A stretch of DNA of 64,000 nt from Candidatus Multivoradales bacterium (GTDB lineage Bacteria; Acidobacteriota; Thermoanaerobaculia; Multivoradales; JAHEKO01): the NCBI GenBank assembly GCA_965223155.1, contig CBDCVR010000013.1:352001-416000 (forward strand), read 5' to 3'. The notes below the pieces were generated by a model. That model saw only the letters and a program-made list of their open reading frames with translations, did no database searches and was not told the DNA's origin. Shown in pieces: positions 59,649 through 64,000 of this stretch. Within the stretch, counting starts at the first letter, position 1. Each line of letters opens with the position of its first letter. The translations under genes were made by a program, and so were the position numbers.

Positions 59649-60782
59649 TTAGGCCTCGGCCAGAGTGGTGATCGTCATGGTCTGATTGTGCAGCTCACAA
59701 CGCCCGGTGGTGACGGTCGGCGAGATTTCACCGTAGGAATAGAACCCTGTCAGAGCCGCCGTCTCACCCAGGACGTCCCGGACGCCCTCGACCTCCTCTT
59801 CGACCCGCTGGCGCAGCAGGAGCTTGCGCCCGACACAACTGATCAAGAGCCCGAGCTCGGCGGCTACGTCGGGTCCATCCAGCCGGCTGGCGCTCGCCGC
59901 CCCGATGGCGCCATCGATCAAGCGGTCGAAATTCGCCTTCATGAAGCGCGCGTACGAGCCGGTGGGCACGTCGCCGGCGAAGGTCATGGACTGGTCGTCC
60001 TCGTCCACCCCCAGGACCGTGCGCACCAGGGAGGCTTCGTTGCCCTCGGTTCGAATGGAAAGCGGAAACAGGAGGGCGCTCGCCGGCAGATCCTGGGCAT
60101 GCTCGCCAAGATAGAGCTTGTAGAGATCCAGCGCCGAGCGTCCATCCAGCTCGTAGAGAACGTTGCCTTCGGCCCTGGTCACCAGCCGCTCCGGACCGAA
60201 CGGGTCCCAACCCCCCAGGGAACCGTAGCCGATCGCCAGCCGCTCCCCGTAGAAGCCAACTGCCGCGACGGAGCTGGAAGACGTAGAGTCGCCGCAAATG
60301 ACCGAGGTGCGCTCGAAGCGCGAGCCGTCGGCGGAGAGACCGCCCGTTACCGAGACCGACTCCGGCAACCGCGCCTTGAGACCCCGCACGAGCTCGCTAC
60401 CGTTGACCGCGATGCCGTCGCAGAGGACGAAGAGGTGCCGAAGGCCCTCGGGGTCGAACTTCGAGGCTAGGCGCTCCCCGGTGGCTCGGCTCGCGTCGGG
60501 GCCGGAGAGTTGGATGCGCTCGGCCTGGACGCCGGTGGAATCAAAGGCAACGGCGGTAGCCGCCAGCGAGTCGTCCAGCACGTGGACGTCCTGGATCTCG
60601 CCGGCGGTCGAACAGCCAACCAGGAGCGCGCCAGGCACCATCTCCCGGAGCTCGTCGAGCGCCGTGCTGTCGTCGAGTGCCGAACGGCCGGCGAACACCA
60701 GAACCAGGTCCGGCCGCTCCACGCCCACCTCGGGCAACTTCCATCCGCCCGTCCGGGTCCATTGACTCTGTGCGACTCTCAT
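59649..60782 (-). CDS. FIST-domain (NosP-like) signal transduction protein
   Basis: GCSTAGEI, GGLSADG, SCVGR, GFYSYGEI, LHNQTMT. Confidence 0.93.
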   Translation of the reverse strand: MRVAQSQWTRTGGWKLPEVGVERPDLVLVFAGRSALDDSTALDELREMVPGALLVGCSTAGEIQDVHVLDDSLAATAVAFDSTGVQAERIQLSGPDASRATGERLASKFDPEGLRHLFVLCDGIAVNGSELVRGLKARLPESVSVTGGLSADGSRFERTSVICGDSTSSSSVAAVGFYGERLAIGYGSLGGWDPFGPERLVTRAEGNVLYELDGRSALDLYKLYLGEHAQDLPASALLFPLSIRTEGNEASLVRTVLGVDEDDQSMTFAGDVPTGSYARFMKANFDRLIDGAIGAASASRLDGPDVAAELGLLISCVGRKLLLRQRVEEEVEGVRDVLGETAALTGFYSYGEISPTVTTGRCELHNQTMTITTLAEA

Positions 60783-61172
60783 TTCGGCTCGCCTCCACCG
60801 GCGCGATCGGGCGCGCCTGGTTGAATACCGCGACCGAAGTGCAGAAAAGATGCCCGAAATATCGACAGTTTGCCATATTGGGATGAGCCCTGCGGACATT
60901 GCCTGTTTCGCTCCTTTCGCGGCGAGCTGCCGCCTCCCGGGCCCTTCGAACAGGGAAATCCGCCTGGGACCGACTCCCCGAATCCGCAAGGTCGGCGACC
61001 GCGGCTTGGATCGAGGCGGGCCGAGCCCCGATCATCTCGATCAACAGCCCAATCGGTGATGCAACGCGACCTCAGCTGGGACAATGCGGCAAATATTGGC
61101 GGTGGCCTGCCGCAGGACGTACCTCGCCCGGCCTCACAGAAACCCTGCATTCCGAACCTTGGGACACGAAGA

Positions 61173-61227
61173 TGGTGCCGGAGCCGGGACTCGAACCCGG
61201 ACGCCTTGCGGCGGGGGATCTTACGTC
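61173..61227 (-). repeat. Displaced 3' half of a tRNA-Leu (att-like direct repeat)
   Basis: 29 bp identical to the tRNA 3' end (61793-61821), then a diverged variable arm and anticodon stem. Confidence 0.85.
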
Positions 61228-61367
61228 GGTCCTAAGCCAATCAACGCCAACACTCGCAAACGGACAACAACCTTAGAATCAGTGAGATAGGTCCTAGTCG
61301 ACCTCTTGTCTTCTATTGCCGAGAATGGGCGGTTCCTGGCGTCTACTGCACCATGAGAGAACCTCTT

Positions 61368-61700
61368 CTAGGCGTCTGGCGTAGCTTGCAGTTCGTATCC
61401 GCAAGGGCAGAAGACGGTGTCCGGATCGTTGTAGAAACTGCACTCAGGGCACATCCAACTTTCACTGGTCCGTTTGCCTCCACCTCCCCTCCAGAGCAGC
61501 ACCCCCCAGACAACGAAGCACCAGACAACGCCGCTCAGCATCCCGGCGCCGCTGGAGGAAAACGAGACCGCCACAATCCTCCCGAAGAACAAGTAGCCTG
61601 CGACCATCGTGCCTACCCAAGTCCACGGCTGCATGCCGCGTTTCCTCGCTAGGGTCGCCATGCCACCGCCCATGACGCAGAGGAAGAACAGCTCTAGCAT
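61368..61700 (-). CDS. Small membrane protein with C-terminal RanBP2-like zinc ribbon
   Basis: GAGG RBS, three hydrophobic segments, WMCPECSFYN.....CPCG. Confidence 0.7.
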   Translation of the reverse strand: MLELFFLCVMGGGMATLARKRGMQPWTWVGTMVAGYLFFGRIVAVSFSSSGAGMLSGVVWCFVVWGVLLWRGGGGKRTSESWMCPECSFYNDPDTVFCPCGYELQATPDA

Positions 61701-61792
61701 CGGGAATTGCCCTCGTTCCGCTCGTTGGTCAGTGATCGTCCTCGTTGGCGCTGCTCTGTCAGGCGGTTGGCTCCAGCACGAATCCTGGAGAG

Positions 61793-61877
61793 TGGTGCCG
61801 GAGCCGGGACTCGAACCCGGAAGCCCGAAGGCGGGGGATTTTAAGTCCCCTGCGTCTACCAGTTCCGCCACTCCGGC
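61793..61877 (-). tRNA. tRNA-Leu (anticodon TAA)
   Basis: Reverse complement GCCGGAGTGGCGGAACTGGTAGACGCAGGGGACTTAAAATCCCCCGCCTTCGGGCTTCCGGGTTCGAGTCCCGGCTCCGGCACCA. Confidence 0.97.
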
Positions 61878-62042
61878 AGCCGGAAGTCTAGCAACGGCTC
61901 CGCTTCTCCGGAGGATCGCCGGGCTGAGCCCGGCGTCTCGATAAGATCGCCATATCCTTAGATGCGGACAGGCTCCGTGGCAAACGCTCGGAGCTCGAAC
62001 CGGAGTTCTTGCCCGAGCTCCAAGACAGCCTCCAAACTAGCG

Positions 62043-63797
62043 ATGAGACTTGTCACGGTCTTTCAGGTCCTTCTCCTGACCCTCTTTATCGGGGTCGGCC
62101 TCTTGGGTACCTATGGGGTGGCGAGGGACTGGCTTCGCGGGCTGGACACGTGGTCCTGGGAGGCGTCAACCTGCACCATCGAGTCTTCGGAAGTCCTGCA
62201 CCGCTCCGAATCCGGCGGGTTCGCGTTCCAGGTCTCCTATAGCTACGAGTTCCGCGGAGAGCGGCACTCGGGGAACCAGTACCGCCACGACTACTTCAGC
62301 TCGGACAGGCGGTCGGACGCCCAGGTCTTGTCGGCACGGTTTCAGGTTGGCGACCGCGTGGCCTGCTGGGTGGATCCCGAGGAGCCGGACCGGTCGTATC
62401 TGGTGCGCTCCAATCTCTGGGCCGGGCTCTGGATCTTTGGCCCCCTGCTCTTCGTCGCCATCGGAGGCGGCTCCCTCTGGTTCTTGCTCGGCTCGCACAC
62501 CCGAGCGCGGGAGGAGGCCGGGATCGGATTCGCGGAGGAACTCGAACCGCCCGAGCAGGTATTGCAGACAGGGCAGCCAGGCCAGCCCTTGCGCCCAGAG
62601 CAGGCGAAGGAGGGCCTGTCCGGCGTGATGGTGGGAGCGCTGCTCTTGCTCCCGGGAGCCTTCTTCCTGTTCGGTGCCGGGTTCCTGATCCCGTTCTTTC
62701 TCCGGCCTGCTTTCCAGGTCGTCGAGGCTCGATCCTGGAGCGAAGTCCCATGCCAGATCCTCTCGAGTGACGTGCGTTCCCATCCGGGTGAAGACGGCGC
62801 TACCTACGGAATCGACGTCTTGTTCGAATACGAGATCAACGGACGCCAGTACCGGTCGAACCGCTACCAGTTCCTGGGGGGCACCTCGAGCGGCTACGAG
62901 CGCAAGGCCAGGATTGTCGAAGAGCTGCGGACGGCTGACGCTCATACATGCTTAGTCGATCCGGACGATCTCCACGAGGCCGTCATCGAGCGCCGGCTCA
63001 CCGGCGACTATCTCTTCGGTCTCATCCCCCTTGCCTTCACTCTCATCGGGCTCGCCGGCCTGGTCATCGCGGTCAAGGTGCTGCGCGACGCCAAGCGGGA
63101 CGCCGCTCGCCCCGCCTGGATGGCTCCGACGGCACCCGGTGACACCCCGGTGCTGCCGGGGCTTGCCGGAGGTCGCCAAGAGACCACCGGTCCGCTTACG
63201 CTGGAGCCCGCCTCCAGCCCGCTCGGCAAGCTCGGCTGTGCGGTCATCGTGGCGCTGTTTTGGAACGGACTGGTGTCGATCTTCGTCTGGCAGGTCTTCG
63301 AAAACTGGCAGGCCGGGACCAAGGAATGGTGGGGCATCCTCATTCTGACGCCGTTCGCCCTCATCGGCCTTCTGCTCCTGGTCGGTATCCCCTACTCGAT
63401 TCTGGCCTTGCTCAACCCGCGACCGCGGGTCCAACTCACTCCGGGAACCCTCACCGTCGGCGAGTCGGCCCAGCTCAATTGGTCATTCACCGGGATGGCG
63501 AGCCGTGTCCGCCGCGTGAGGATCTGGCTCGAGGCCATCGAAACCCGGACGACGTACGGCGATTCGAGCGTGCGCGTCTCGACGAACCGCTTGGAGACTC
63601 CGGAGGTCGAGATCTTGGATCGAGGAAGAGAGCTACCGCTCGCCACCGGAGCCGTGACCTTCACCGTCCCACCCAATACGCCGGCCTCGTCCGAGGGCGA
63701 CGTCGCGGTGACCTGGAAGCTCAAGCTCCAGGGCGACATCGTTTACTGGCCGGACATCAACGAGGAGTACGAGGTGGGATTGCTCCCCTCGGCGTGA
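62043..63797 (+). CDS. Membrane protein with two DUF3592-like domains
   Basis: Two copies of W....C.I.SS.V......Y...V.(Y/F).Y...G......Y...C.VDP between TM helices. Confidence 0.8.
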   Translation: MRLVTVFQVLLLTLFIGVGLLGTYGVARDWLRGLDTWSWEASTCTIESSEVLHRSESGGFAFQVSYSYEFRGERHSGNQYRHDYFSSDRRSDAQVLSARFQVGDRVACWVDPEEPDRSYLVRSNLWAGLWIFGPLLFVAIGGGSLWFLLGSHTRAREEAGIGFAEELEPPEQVLQTGQPGQPLRPEQAKEGLSGVMVGALLLLPGAFFLFGAGFLIPFFLRPAFQVVEARSWSEVPCQILSSDVRSHPGEDGATYGIDVLFEYEINGRQYRSNRYQFLGGTSSGYERKARIVEELRTADAHTCLVDPDDLHEAVIERRLTGDYLFGLIPLAFTLIGLAGLVIAVKVLRDAKRDAARPAWMAPTAPGDTPVLPGLAGGRQETTGPLTLEPASSPLGKLGCAVIVALFWNGLVSIFVWQVFENWQAGTKEWWGILILTPFALIGLLLLVGIPYSILALLNPRPRVQLTPGTLTVGESAQLNWSFTGMASRVRRVRIWLEAIETRTTYGDSSVRVSTNRLETPEVEILDRGRELPLATGAVTFTVPPNTPASSEGDVAVTWKLKLQGDIVYWPDINEEYEVGLLPSA

Positions 63798-64000
63798 CCA
63801 CGGTGACCTTCGGTAGCGGACCGCCAGCTCCCGGGGAACCGGACCGTGGTCCATTGCCCGGTCGCGGTGGAGAACGTGCGTGGAGCTTGATCCCATCGCG
63901 ATTCACCCCGGAGACGGCCGCGAATCCGAACGACCGGCCGGCGCAGCCGGAGTTTTCGAGTGCGCCATGTCTCCAGATTCTCGACCACTGCGTTGGAAGA

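Noticed and set aside
61368-61871. 167-aa ORF as given in the track
   Set aside because: Its 5' part runs through the tRNA-Leu(TAA); the plausible start is ATG 61700 with an RBS

Overview
High-GC bacterial chromosome segment. The gene content (ePK-type Ser/Thr kinase with TPR, MacAB-TolC-Yip1, dnaB next to mlaEFD) suggests Acidobacteriota, which is an inference. A tRNA-Leu gene lies near each end. Left end: tRNA-Leu(CAA), a decayed small gene and an intact IS5-family element. 5-33 kb is mostly housekeeping and transport: GT-C glycosyltransferase, MacAB/TolC-type exporter, oppD/F-like ATPases, pepA, a divergent class III nucleotidyl cyclase-like gene coupled to purC, Ser/Thr kinase, mlaEFD, dnaB, homoserine dehydrogenase, cysteine desulfurase-like protein and EamA. 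The most interesting part is a ~23 kb, 14-gene, tightly coupled minus-strand operon (33414-56195) in which every product appears to have a Sec signal peptide. It encodes two putative binding/accessory proteins, seven paralogues of one family I cannot name (YYLPxxPRL...GxPxFxF motif, C-terminal beta-sandwiches), and five proteins that share a ~130 aa N-terminal domain with invariant C-x10-C-x11-C-x18-C spacing fused to different C-terminal domains (HExxH metalloprotease, glycoside-hydrolase-like barrel, helical and unknown domains). This looks like a possibly undescribed multi-subunit delivery apparatus with polymorphic cargo; that function is inferred, not shown. Right end: a nonsense-interrupted WG-repeat gene, a FIST + PAS-GGDEF-EAL pair, tRNA-Leu(TAA) with a displaced 3' fragment enclosing a mini-islet, and a DUF3592-like membrane protein.
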